From NCBI GenBank assembly GCA_040143965.1, contig JASJQH010000046.1, positions 1-38,556 of the forward strand: a stretch of DNA of 38,556 nucleotides. Reading direction: 5' to 3'. Positions 10,873-22,896 of this stretch are shown here, piece after piece (position 1 is the stretch's first letter; every line of letters begins with the position of its first letter). The notes under the pieces are model-generated. The model made no database searches, was not told where the DNA came from, and was given only the letters and a program-made list of their open reading frames with translations. The stretch is from Basidiobolus ranarum (taxonomy: Eukaryota). Both the position numbers and the translations under genes were made by a program.

Positions 10873-12799
10873 TCTTGAGTGGTGAAAGATAATAGAAGGG
10901 AGAAGAGATGGATAGTTGCTAATCATCCTTGAGTCTGTACTTTTATGCCATTCTCTCGACTAGTTACTGCCATCTCTAAATATGCGGAACCCTTCGGATG
11001 ATACCACTGTACACATTGCAATGTATAACAGCTTTTAAGTCTTTGTCCTCAAATGGTTAATATGCAGTCGTATTTCTATATTCAACATGTAACATAAGTT
11101 GCTCACACTTCAATGTATCACTCAATTTCCTATCGATCTACTTGGTGTATGAATTTTTCATGTACAGGCAAGGTATTTAGAACTGGTCGCGCAAAATTTG
11201 CAGGTCAATCATTTCAAGCTCTGTTCAAGCTGTATTTTTAGAATGGAATGTTTATCAGAGCATGCACACTAGCAATTTTCCCTCAAATGGGGGGGGGCAT
11301 TCGTAGGTATTGTTTGACTGTCATTGCTTTCCTTATAGAGTCAGGCTATGCTCAGTATCAATGGGTTTAATTGTTACCACCACGGTTACTCAATGCCCAT
11401 TTTGAATGAATCAACAGTGACACAGATTTTTAAAATAGATATTAGCCCACGGGAATCCCACTACATTCCTCCGGATTTTCATTGCTTCCTTCCCACTAAA
11501 TACAAAGCAAGATAAAGTCAACATTGCGATAGATATGGGCAAATGATCATGAATTCTTCCAACAAATGAAAATGAATTTATCGTCTTATGATCGAGTTGT
11601 ACATCCAAGGGTTTTGAAAACCGGAGTTTCTGCGTAATAATCATCCAATTACAGTAAAATTTTACAAGTGACTGGGATACTCCGGTCTTTAGTTGTAACA
11701 CAATCTATCGAATCATGACATTGAAATGACGAATCAAATACGCAGCCAAGAAGATTGATTATCGACTAGTATCAGCTCACGGATTGGGATTTTTCGAGGG
11801 CTTCTCATGGTATGTTGGATTCGTATATGTTGGATTCGTTATTCGAAACTTCCCCCTGAAATACTTGTCACTGTCCATTATTGGACATTCCAGTCGAGAC
11901 CCAAATAGTCAAACCATACTTCAAAAGAGAAGATCAAGTTGCGGTAGATGAGTATAGTAAGTAGCAGGTGATCTATTCTCTTGAAACTGAGTTCGGATTC
12001 CTAGCGATTACATGACCGAAGGCGCAAAATTCCGTATTCCATTTGTTAAAGATGTATCAGTATTTCGTGCACGAGGTAAGGCAGAGAGCGACCAATTGGG
12101 ATTTCATTGGACTTCTAGTATATAGAATGCAATGTAATGACGTGAAATGATCTTGAATAATCAACTCGTAGGGAAGGAACCAATTACTAGTAGGTGTCTG
12201 ACCGATGGCTAGATTATTTTGTTCCCGCTCTTAAATCGACGTTTCCATTGGAGGGGAAGGCGGGTTTGGGAGGTGAGCTTGAACTTAAAATCAGACCATA
12301 GATATGGTAACTGTAATCACCATACGTTGAGCTTGACGTGGACGGGAAATCGGCATGAGAAAGTAAAGACTAAATCACGTGGGGTATCTACAAAATGAAT
12401 GCTATGTACTGAATAGGAGATAATTCATTTAAATGCAAGAAGATAGCTAACCATGACTAATTCTCCATGAATTTAAGTTTACGCACTAGACACATACCAG
12501 GCATATGTGACGGACCGTCGGCGTTAACCAGCAAATTAACGAATGAGATGGCTGTAGAAGTGATTGTGAGAACGTATGATTCTCCCCTCTGAATTGCAAC
12601 TTACAATCCCGATGTGTAAGTGAAGACTCGTCAGTGTGGACATATATGGCCGTAACTATTTGGAATAGTTCCAAGGAACATGAAAAATCTAGTTATTATT
12701 GGTGGTATTCGGTGGTCATTCTAAGAGATAGATATAAAATGGCCGAGTTAGAAGCACAGAGAGTAGTAATTAATCAACCACCAAACCATTCAGTTCAAC

Positions 12800-13327
12800 A
12801 TGTATCTCAAGAGCTTCACTTCCTTAGCTAGTATACTAATCTCTGCGCTCTCTGTCGTAAGCAAACCTATTACCATTGGCGATCCCAGCATCAACCATCT
12901 CACTGTGGTAAATAATTCTACCGATTTCTGTCTTTTCCTGCCACCTGAACCTGGTATGATCATTGGCGAGCATGAACATGACGCTGTGGTATTTTGCACT
13001 AAACCCAACCCGGTAGCACCTAAGGCGATGATGCTCCCCGAAGGATTCATCCAATCTGCTCACTTTAATCAAACGGATACGTATGTTCAGGTCACTGGCA
13101 AGATGAATCCTGAAGCATACAACATGTCACGTACAGATGGTGGAGGACAATTCGACAATCGTGGTGCACCTCCACTATCAGGATGCGACGGATACACTTA
13201 CTTTGTCAGTTTAATCGAGCCTGATGTTGGGAATTATTGTATTCGCTGCTGTAATGAAAAGAATGACTGTAATATGGGTCTTAGTACTCAGGGATGTATG
13301 GCAGTAATCTCTGGTGACTACAGTTAA
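12800..13327 (+). CDS. Small secreted 8-Cys protein, paralog 4 of 5 (175 aa)
   Basis: Same motifs and Cys spacing; TATAAAA at 12733-12739; AATAAA downstream. Confidence 0.93.
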   Translation: MYLKSFTSLASILISALSVVSKPITIGDPSINHLTVVNNSTDFCLFLPPEPGMIIGEHEHDAVVFCTKPNPVAPKAMMLPEGFIQSAHFNQTDTYVQVTGKMNPEAYNMSRTDGGGQFDNRGAPPLSGCDGYTYFVSLIEPDVGNYCIRCCNEKNDCNMGLSTQGCMAVISGDYS

Positions 13328-13708
13328 TCATGGAATTGAATTTTTATCATTCAAATAAATTGTAGCATAGCCTTCAAACGATTAGCCTTCAAACGATTTA
13401 CTGATAGGCGTTAATATCATCACCATTGGCCCCTCTCACCTTTATTCATTTGAAGATCCAATGCAAGGACTATGTCTTTTTTTATCTTATTCATCCGAAG
13501 ACTATTTATACTTGAAAGTCTCAATGTCTAATTATATATCAACCATTAAAACCACTGTTTGCATCAACTGAGAATGACGCCAGTTTAATAACTATATCTC
13601 GGATAAATTTCATAGGATGATTCATTACGAAAACCACTGGATGAGCAAGTATGAAGGGAAGGTATAAATAGTCAACGGAAGTTTGTAAACTCATCAAGCT
13701 CATTCAAT

Positions 13709-14236
13709 ATGTTCATCAAGTCACTTGCATCTGTTACCGCCATCTTGGCCGTAGTATCATTAACCTCAGGAAAACCCATTACAGTTGGTGATGCAAGTAT
13801 AAACCATTTGACCTTTGTCAACAGTGCAGAAAGCTTTTGTCTTTTCTTACCTACCAAGCCAGGTATGATAATCGGTGAGCATGAAGATGATGCTGAGGTA
13901 TTCTGTACCAAGTCGGACTCTGTTGCACCAAACGCTCAGATGCTACCTGCTGGATTTATTCAAAGTGCACATTTTGGACAGACCGATTCTTACGTTCAAG
14001 TAACCGGACAAATGAACCCTGACGCATATCAGCTATCACGTCAAGACGGTGGAGGTCAATTCGATAACAGAGGAGCACCATCTAACTCTGGATGTGCAGG
14101 ATACACATATTTCGTCAGTTTAATTGAACCCAATACTGGCACATATTGTATACGCTGTTGTAACGAAAAGGATGATTGTAATATGGGATTAAGTACTGCA
14201 GGATGTGATACCGTTATACCTGGGGATTATAGTTGA
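13709..14236 (+). CDS. Small secreted 8-Cys protein, paralog 5 of 5 (175 aa)
   Basis: Same motifs and Cys spacing; TATAAATA at 13663-13670; AATAAA downstream. Confidence 0.93.
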   Translation: MFIKSLASVTAILAVVSLTSGKPITVGDASINHLTFVNSAESFCLFLPTKPGMIIGEHEDDAEVFCTKSDSVAPNAQMLPAGFIQSAHFGQTDSYVQVTGQMNPDAYQLSRQDGGGQFDNRGAPSNSGCAGYTYFVSLIEPNTGTYCIRCCNEKDDCNMGLSTAGCDTVIPGDYS

Positions 14237-14774
14237 AAATATCTGTAAATAAAAATTATCAGTAGTAAACCATCAATTTTGTCAGAATTGGCATATTATT
14301 TTCCCGGTATCGGTAGGGTATTGTGGTAGTGGTAGTGGTAATATCACCCCTCACAAGCACCAGTTTGATTGATAACATGGTTACAATCAACCCTCCATTA
14401 TTCCGCTTCTTCATATCAATGTTTTTCATTTATTACCCTGTCAATTATGGACCAGAGAGAAGCGCAGATGAGCAAGTTCAATGATAAATGGATTTCAGAG
14501 TGGTGGCTTTATCATATTTTGGCTAGTGAGTGTTTACGAATATTGCTATGTAGTGTAAGAGATTGGAGACGTAAGGATGAGATTGTTTAATCACCAATGA
14601 ATTTACTCATCAATGATAATTACCCTGAATAGATGTATATATATATGATTAAAACTTTATCTTAATGCTTGTATCAAAGTGAACCTGACGAGTCTATTAT
14701 CCTATTTATTTGCATTTACTACTTGAAAGAGGAGCAGTTTCTAAGATAGCCAAGCGTGTACAATTATATAAAGC

Positions 14775-16860
14775 ATGAGTACCTCGGATTCATTGACATC
14801 TGAACAAGAAGAAATTCTGTTAAACTTCCAAGTAGGTGACTTATAGTAAAACGCATTGGAGTTGAGTAACTAGAGTTAACAAGTTTCTCTAGGCTGTAAC
14901 TGATATAAATGATGTTGAAAAGGCTGTTACTATGTTACGACAAAATAACTGGAATATTGAGGTAATAATTTATAGGCTTATATAGGTGCTACTATTACTC
15001 TAGTAGTCTCATCAATCGTCATTTCCTTCGCGATTAATAATATTGATGATTGAATTAGACTGCCGTACGAGTATTTCTAGATGACGAAAGTCAAGGTAGC
15101 AACGTCCAAGAAGAATCTTCAACGTCTCGAAACAAGCCAGAAACTAGTAGTGGAACACGGTAAATACTTTTTAATTGCCTCTGCAACCTCTAGTGATGAC
15201 AGCTAAAATAAATTCACCCCTCTAGTCATAATGATATTCCCGCGGTAAGCTTTGTCGAATTTACCTTTGTTTAAACGGTATCCTCTAAATATTGTATCTC
15301 AAAAGCCTCCTGGTGTTTCTATTGCTTCATTGGTGTCATTCCCTGTAACATTGGTTTGGGGAGTTTTGGGTGGCTTGTTTACTCTTCTTTGTAAGTTCAT
15401 AATTTATTTATGTCCAGTGAATGCATTTCAACCAAGTATATATACTTAATAACCGTAACATTCAAGATTCATTGTTTGTACCTGCCAATCGCACTGTAAC
15501 CCAAGGCGGGGCTGGAAATTCCCGTTCTATAGCGTTGAAATTCATTCAAGAATTCGAAGAAAATTACGGTGGAGTGAGACCCGAATTTTTTGTTGGTGGA
15601 TATTCCGAAGTAAGTATTTATAATCTCACTACATTCACCACTGATATATCTATTTAACGTATCAAAACAACAAGGCTCTATCCCGTGCTAAGCGAGATGT
15701 TAAATACTTACTAGTGATCCTTTTGTCAGAAGGCCCGGAAAATAACCGTACATTTTGCCAGTAAGTAGAGTGGACTTTGGAATGCACCTAGATATCTTCA
15801 CTAAATATTCTTACATTAAATTAGGAACACCTTAAGTTCCGAAAGATTGATCAATTTCCTTCGTGAGCAGGAGGTTATTGTATGGGGTGGAGATACGAGA
15901 GGTCCTGATGGATACCAAGTTAGCACTGCATTACAAGCCAGGACATATCCATTTGTAGGACTGATTGGTTTGCAATCTGCTCCAAATGGAGTCCCTAAAA
16001 TGACATTGATTGAAAAAATCCAAGGTAAATTTGGTTTCTTCGTTGGTTCAATCCTACTATTCATCTCATAAGACTCTACTCACTCCAACCAATACATCTT
16101 TAGGCCAAACCACTCCAGATGTTATTATACAGAGACTGACCATCCAATTCCAGCGCACATCTACCGAATTACAACGTGCAAAGAGTGAGCATCAAGAACG
16201 GCAAGAAAGTAGAAGCATCAGAGAGCAGCAAGATGAAGCGTATAGACAAAGTTTGTTGGCTGATCAAGAAAAGGTACGTATTACCATTTACGTGGTGATT
16301 CAATCCAACTGACGACTAATTAAATTACCTTGTAGGAACGTAAAGCTAGAGAAGAACGTGAGCGTGTCGAAAAAGAAAGATCGGAGGTGGAAAGAATTGA
16401 AAAGGCCAGAGCCAAACTTGAAGCCGATCGCCTTAAGTATCGACAATATTTGATCACTGTCTTACCAAACGAACCATCGACTGAGGAGCCCAACACCGCA
16501 AGACTGAGCTTCAAAATGCCAAGTGGGGAAAGAGTGGTCCGTAGATTCCGTGGAGATGAGAAAGTTGAGGTGAGTAGGGAAAGACTCACTCTTCAAGATA
16601 TGTAACTCACTCGCTGAATGATTATTGTTTAGGATGTTTACGCTTTTGTTGATACCTATTCGCTCTCAGCTGATCGTGACTTCGAAGCTGTCTCTCAGAA
16701 CCCAGTTCCGGATTATGTGCACGAATATACGTTCCATTTGGTCTCACCATTCCCTAGAACGGTTGTTGAATTGAGTTCAAAGGATCTCAAGATTAGAGAT
16801 GTTCCCGCCCTTTGGCCAAGTGCCAACTTATTAATCGAAGATTTGGATCTTGAAGACTAG
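14775..16860 (+). CDS. UBX-domain Cdc48/p97 adaptor, FAF2/Ubx2/Ubx3 (Ucp10)-like, multi-exon
   Basis: Exon 1 14775-14831 MSTSDSLTSEQEEILLNFQ; exon 2 14893-14961 AVTDINDVEKAVTMLRQNNWNIE (UBA-like). Then a hydrophobic hairpin, a UAS-like region (F.GGYSEAL..AK, VIVWGG, TYPFVGLI), coiled coil IREQQDEAYRQSLLADQEK, and a UBX domain (RLSFKMPSGERVVRRF, LVSPFPR). GT-AG introns; TAG at 16858-16860. Confidence 0.88.
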
Positions 16861-17154
16861 CATTCAGTACAGGTACAAGGTATAAAACCAATGGCACAGT
16901 GCTGAGAAATCCATCTAAATCAACATAAACTTCAACGCTGTACTTGCACTTTTATTGAGGTGATTTTGTAACCAATGTCAATACAAAAATTCCCGATTTT
17001 CTTCAATTTATTTGGCCTTTGTATTCAAATAAAATTACAACTGAATTAGCGTGACAACGGAAAATCCTTCCAAATACCATGAATCTAGGAAGAGAAGATA
17101 TTGAAAGGGAGAAAGACGATGGAATGTCAACATATGTGTATATCTATATCAAAC

Positions 17155-18466
17155 TTAATCTAGGATTTCTTGAACTTGCTTGGCACGAAGTTTCGCTGAC
17201 TCGATGAGCTCTTGTAATTGCTCTTTTGTACATGGGATTCCGCCATCCTTCCACATGGTTGCAAGTTTACCGGTGTCGTCCAAGGTGATGGTAACTAATG
17301 TGTCTACCAAACTCTCTTCGGTGTGATTAGGATCGGCGATGACACGCTCGCTAAAAATACTGAGTTAATACAAGAGCAGATGAATGGCAATATATACATA
17401 AAGATATACTATACTAACCCATCAAATATACCAAACGTAGCTGGATATAAAACGTGGTTCAAGTTCAGTTGAATTTCCTCTTCTCTCGTTGCAGTGACCG
17501 AACCTTCCTCGCTTGAATAAGTGACCTTGGGAAGTTTAACTGAGCAAGACATCCAATTAATCTTATGTTCAACCTTATAAATGATGTAAGTCTAACAAAC
17601 TAACCATTTTTAAGTGCTGCGATGAATGCAATTAATGCTGCGTCAAAAATATTTCCATCGTAATTAAGACACACGATATCCACATAAAGAACCCAAACAG
17701 CTTTTCCTTTCTCAATGCACAATTGCTCCAAGGGCATAATTTTACAGCTAAAATTATGCTTTAGTATTCCATTGAAATATTAGAATAAAGTAGAGGAGAT
17801 TCAGCTTACCTATGGAATAGATTATTGATGTTGTCACTCAGAACCTGAGCTTTTTCACTTGGTGGTCCAGGTTTAAATTGAGAAGAGCACAGGGGAGGCA
17901 ACTCGACGTTGGGTACTAAAGAGAATAATAGGTTGGTATATTATGACAAAGGAACGGTCGTACTCGATAAATCTTCGAAATAATATGATCTGCACAACTT
18001 TCTATTTCTTCTTTTACTAACCTACAAAGCCTTCGTTTGGTGAGGATATTTTAGGCTCAGCGACTTCTGCTTTAATTCCGCACAAAACTGAAGTTTCACC
18101 GATACGTACCAAAGCGGAACCGTCAGCTGTACCGATGGCACCTTAATAATTTCAAGAAACCCAACTTAATATTGAAAAAAAAACTAGCAGAGAAGTAATT
18201 CGTAGGGTATATGAGGTTATTTGAGAATCTTGAGTTAAAAGTTGATTTGTCCCTTATTTCACAATTTCTTCTTTCCCCTCTCTTCCTATCCGAAATAATG
18301 CGAATATTTTACCTGGTGTCACTTTGGTTTGTCTGTAACTGGACAAGCCACGTCCATCAGGACGAATATTTTGGGATAAAAATTTACGAAAGTACTCAGC
18401 AGGGTGAATCTTACGAAAGGTATCACCGGAAAAGGTGAAGCCGGTAGGTTCGTTTTCCAATTGCAT
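17155..18466 (-). CDS. RRP43: Exosome complex RNase PH-like subunit Rrp43 (EXOSC8), multi-exon
   Basis: [96 protein letters not shown]; ends VQEILD-stop. Confidence 0.92.
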
Positions 18467-18779
18467 GTTAAAGACGCGTTAAACAAAAGTGAACAAAGTG
18501 AAGGGGAATTTTTATTACTTTGAGCGATGAAAACCTAACAAATAAGCATCATATCGGTCCATAAAAAAGAAAAAAAACCTCATACATTAGAAATCTTTCC
18601 TAAGATCATGCAAATCAAGATTAATTCTATGTGGATATTCATTTCTTGAGATATTCGTACTAACTACTAATCAATAAATCGATCTATCGATCAACCAACA
18701 ATTAACCTCAAACAAAGCAATATGATGGTTTTATTTTCTCAATTACATAGAAGATGGAATTAGTTCACTCAAAATAAAG

Positions 18780-19832
18780 TTATTTAGCCTCAGCTTCTTG
18801 TGCATCTTTGAATTCTTTCAATAGCTCATCAATCTCCTTAGCTGGGTAGATCTTCTGGACTACTTTGCCATTGACTACCCGAATGGTGGCAAACTCGACT
18901 AATTACAAAAAATAAAGTTCGATTAATGGTATGTTCAAGTATGTGCTTAGATACCATCTCGCTATGGAAAACTGTACTTACGTTTCTCACCGGTCAAGTT
19001 GGCATTATCTAAAGTCTTGCTAAGGATCTTCACTGTAAGACCAATGGCATCTTGAAGTGTCATATCTTCTTTGTAATCTTGCTTAAGAATAGACTGTGCA
19101 CCAGCATTATTGGCACCAATACAAGTAGCCTTCCAACCGCTGTAATTACCAGAAGGATCCGAATGATATAATTGAAGTCCAAAGTTCTTATCGTAACCGG
19201 CATAAATCAAGGAAACACCGAATGGACGCATACCTTTTAACAATATCAATCAATATATACCAACAGAGGAAATGTCTAGAAACAGTGAAAATTACCTCCG
19301 TATTGAGTGTACCCTTGCTTCAAGTCGCAAAGCTTCTGTACAAGCTGTTCGGTAGGGATCTCTTCTCCATAGGTGAAGAGGTATTGTTGAGCACGTTGAC
19401 GTAAGTAGTTGATTAAGATGTTAGCATCGGAGGTGATACCGGCCACTCCACAAACGGTATTACTAGAATTTTAATTTAACGTTAAGTTCTTTTTCCTTGG
19501 TGGTATATAAATGCTTGTTTCTCTTGTTATAAGAGTCAATATCTGAATAAACATACTCATCGAGAACGTAGACTTTCTCGGTTGAAGAGCTTTGCTCTAA
19601 AAGTTTGGAGGTAACTTTGCGTTCAGCTGCGATGACAATACCATCTGTACCGGTGATACCGATGACAGTACCCGCCATAGAAATAGCCTCCATAGCATAT
19701 TCAACCTGGTACAAACGACCTAGAGCATTCAACAATCGGTTAATACAAGATAAAGCATACACCACCAACAGAACTGAGAGATTCACCTTCAGGAGAAAAA
19801 ATAGTGGTTCTTGAATCGTATCTTCTAGCCAT
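18780..19832 (-). CDS. PRE9: 20S proteasome subunit alpha-3 (PSMA4 ortholog), multi-exon
   Basis: [90 protein letters not shown] introns. Confidence 0.96.
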
Positions 19833-20447
19833 GTTTATAAGAATTCAATGGAAAGGTATCTTTTATAAAGTGTTGATTTTTCCTCTCTTGTATATGTATC
19901 TCAGAGTATTAAGAGTAGCGAAGAAACCCGATAGTAGTCGTGATAGTTGTAACCGTACTTTGGAAAATAACTTACTTTCTAACCCAACTGATACCAAACC
20001 CGCTCCTCCTATAAAAGTGAATGGTTTGAAAATTCTGAGTGATTACGATTTTGGGCTGATTACGTCGGCATGGAAAATGAATTAAAAGTGTGAGCGTAAG
20101 CGTATGCTAACCTCCACCATCGTCCATTGATTTGAAATCGCTTATATCTTGTTTATTTAAAGCAAGGACGGACACAAAATCCACATGGTCAAGTTGGGTC
20201 GTGATTGACTTTATTAACAAAAGAGAAACAACCAAATACAGAAAATTCATAAAAAACGTACATAAAGACTCCACTCACGAGTTGTGCAAGATATAGATGA
20301 TTTAGATTATAATTGAAACAACGCTTACGAAACACTGCTTGGATAATGTATAGGAATTGGAGTGTTGTGAGCAGAGATGTTAAAGAATCAAATGGGCGCT
20401 TGTTGATGAAAAGAAGTCTAGCGAAAGAGGAGGAAAGAGGGAATAGT

Positions 20448-22431
20448 CTAATAGGCAATGTTTTTTCCTTCAATGCTGACTTTAGGTCCAGGGTTTTTCT
20501 TTGGCCCACCCTTGAATCTAGACATATGGTTCTTGAGTTTTCTATACTTGTCGTTTCCTTTATTTCTCGAATCAGCGCGAATGTTTGATTTGGGAAGAAC
20601 ATCGTAAGCTGGTCGAAGAGATTGCGGAATCCGTGCTGATACGGAATAGCCCAGGTCTCCCGGTTGAAGATCGACAGGTTTTCTACATGCAAATAATGGT
20701 TGTTAGAACACTTTTGCATATCGTAGAAACAAAATAGGCACAAACCTTCCATCCACACCAAAGTTGCCACCTTTAGACACACTTGGTGAAGCATAGGATC
20801 TAGAAGAAACATCTTGGTTAATAAACACATAGATGTGTGTAGCTTATATTGATAACATACTCTTCTTGCTCGTAAGCAGCCTCACGAACCAGCCTATCTC
20901 TGTAGTTTTGACTTCTTCTAAGGATAGGTCGACTCCACTTGTCTATGAAGCAGCAGCCAGCAATTAGATCAAGTGTTGTCATATCGAAAGCAGTATAATA
21001 AATGTAAACAAACCAACTAAGGCCTCAGCGAGACGGCGGATTCTTTGAGTAACTCGATCAGTTTTCGTGAAAAACATGACAATTCTACCCACGCCAGATT
21101 CACGAAGATTTTCAGTACGAATGGGGAGCTGAATGGTGAGGCAGTTAAGTCTTAAGCTTGCGCGGAATGTGAATGAACAAACAGCTTACTTTATCTAAGA
21201 TTTGAAGCATTTCAGTTTGAATATCCAAACTGGATAGCGCACCATCGGGCAATGGTTCGAGCCACATCTTGATCGGCTCTAGAATATGGTTCTCAACGAA
21301 GGCTTCGTGAAGATTAGATCTAATTCAAGAATATGTTTAAACAATTATTCCGTTAATGATATGAACTGCTCTGCTTACTTGCGCAACTGGATCATTACTT
21401 GAGGTAAAATCCGAATTTTGGCGATTGCGGGTTTTCTTTCATTGTTCGCTTCAATATCACTGTATGCCGCTTGCTTCATACGTTCACGAAGATCAACAAT
21501 CATGTCATCGTTTCGTTCATCCAAATCCTTATATCACAAAGGAAGGGTTAAGTGAGATTCGATATTTTCTAATTTCTACTATATTTGTTACCTCTTCATC
21601 TTTTCTACTTTTTTTCTTACGTCCATTCATACTGGCCAAAGCGGCATCGAAATCTCGACGAACCTCATCAAGAAGAGCTGTAATTTGACGATGTGAATAC
21701 TCGTAGCCGCTACTTCCAACAAAAATTTATATAAATATGCGAACCTTGTTTAGGATCTTTAACACTGTGTTCGTCATCATCATCTCTATCTCTTCTTTTA
21801 TATTCCCTTTCCTCATCTCTATCGTCTCTTTCTCTTCTACGAGGTTTTTCTTGTCTTTCAATTCTACAAAAGAGAGATAACAAGGATGCAAGAGGTGAGT
21901 ATTCTTCTTTTTACGAAGAGACAATCCCTTTGAAGCATGAATTTCCAACCAACCTAGGTCTTTCAGCACGTTGTTCTGGAGAGCCTTCCCGTTTACGACG
22001 AAAAGAAGGCAAAGAATCGAGTGAAGAGTGAGTTTCCTTGGGTTCGTCTTCTACTCTTGTTCTAGCCGGAGAGGGTTCGTCTTAGTTCAATTCAATATAA
22101 AAGAAATATTAGTAAAGAAAGGAAAGAATACATTCACTTTCATCTCAATAAAATAATCAAGTGCTCGTTTGTTTTAAAAGTATTCGAAATAAAAACGCGT
22201 GAAAGTTGTTAAAGTGTAATTCCAAGTACCTTCATCACTTAATTTATCTAACTTATCAAGATCGGAGAGATCTTCTTCATCACTGTTTCCGAAAATTTCG
22301 GACTCAAGCGTGCGCTATAATATAAAATAACCATGAATTATTTGAGTAAGTCAAGAAGTGTAAATGCGTGATGAGGAACATGTTTAGAACTAGTGAAATA
22401 GAGTAAATTCTACCTTTTCATTATTTGACAT
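20448..22431 (-). CDS. IWS1: Transcription elongation factor Iws1/Spn1, multi-exon
   Basis: Acidic N-terminus (EIFGNSDEEDLSDL); TFIIS-N-like core IKMWLEPLPDGAL..DIQ, LPIRTENLRESGVGRIVMFF, KWSRPIL; C-terminal VSIEGKNIAY-stop. The start codon was inferred from a short first exon (MSNNEK). Confidence 0.88.
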
Positions 22432-22896
22432 AGTCAAGGAAGGTACAATAAAATGGTCAAAGAGAAATCAAGGAATTTTGTGAGGAATAGTACTGATAAG
22501 GTGGTGAGTGTCACCATCAGTTGAGTGATTATGAAATCGGTGTAGATTTAGATTAAATCAAGGATTAATTCAATGATTAAGTATTTCTATTAGTTTTACT
22601 ACGTGCAATTTCACCAAATAGAATATAAATGTTGAAATAAAGCAATGTCTATATTACATTGAACTACGAAAAAAGAACATGATTGAAGTAAAAGAACACG
22701 AAACATGCAATGATGTGATGGGTGTATCCGTGGCAGAGTTAATGGATGAAGGGAGTCGAGGAAAAATAAAATAAATGGCTGAGATATATCTAGAAACAGT
22801 ATGTAATGAGTGTGTCAAAGTTCTAAATGATGCAATGTGATTATGAGAATGATGCTGTAAATATATGATGCAGAAGAGTTCATTTCCTACGGAGAA

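Noticed and set aside
10873..10926. 18-aa N-terminal extension of paralog 3 in the ORF track
   Set aside because: Not homologous to the paralogs, would bury the signal peptide, and the upstream ATG lies only about 14 bp from the TATA-equivalent position.
11811..13397. Short two-copy tandem repeats (15 bp at 11811 and 13368; also 12 bp near 30133 and an AAT run near 10272) considered as a CRISPR-like or regulatory array
   Set aside because: Only two adjacent copies each, no spacers and no shared sequence; ordinary slippage duplications in a eukaryotic genome.
18885..18893. Perfect Rpn4/PACE element GGTGGCAAA
   Set aside because: It lies inside the last coding exon of PRE9 (codons F-A-T), not in its promoter, and is explained by the protein sequence.
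20189..20830. 213-aa minus-strand ORF
   Set aside because: Alternative-frame read-through of the IWS1 terminal exons, an intron and the 3' UTR; the conserved Iws1 C-terminus is in another frame.
14775..22431. UBX, RRP43, PRE9 and IWS1 as a functional degradation gene cluster
   Set aside because: Unrelated housekeeping complexes with no shared motif seen; adjacency is expected in a gene-dense region.
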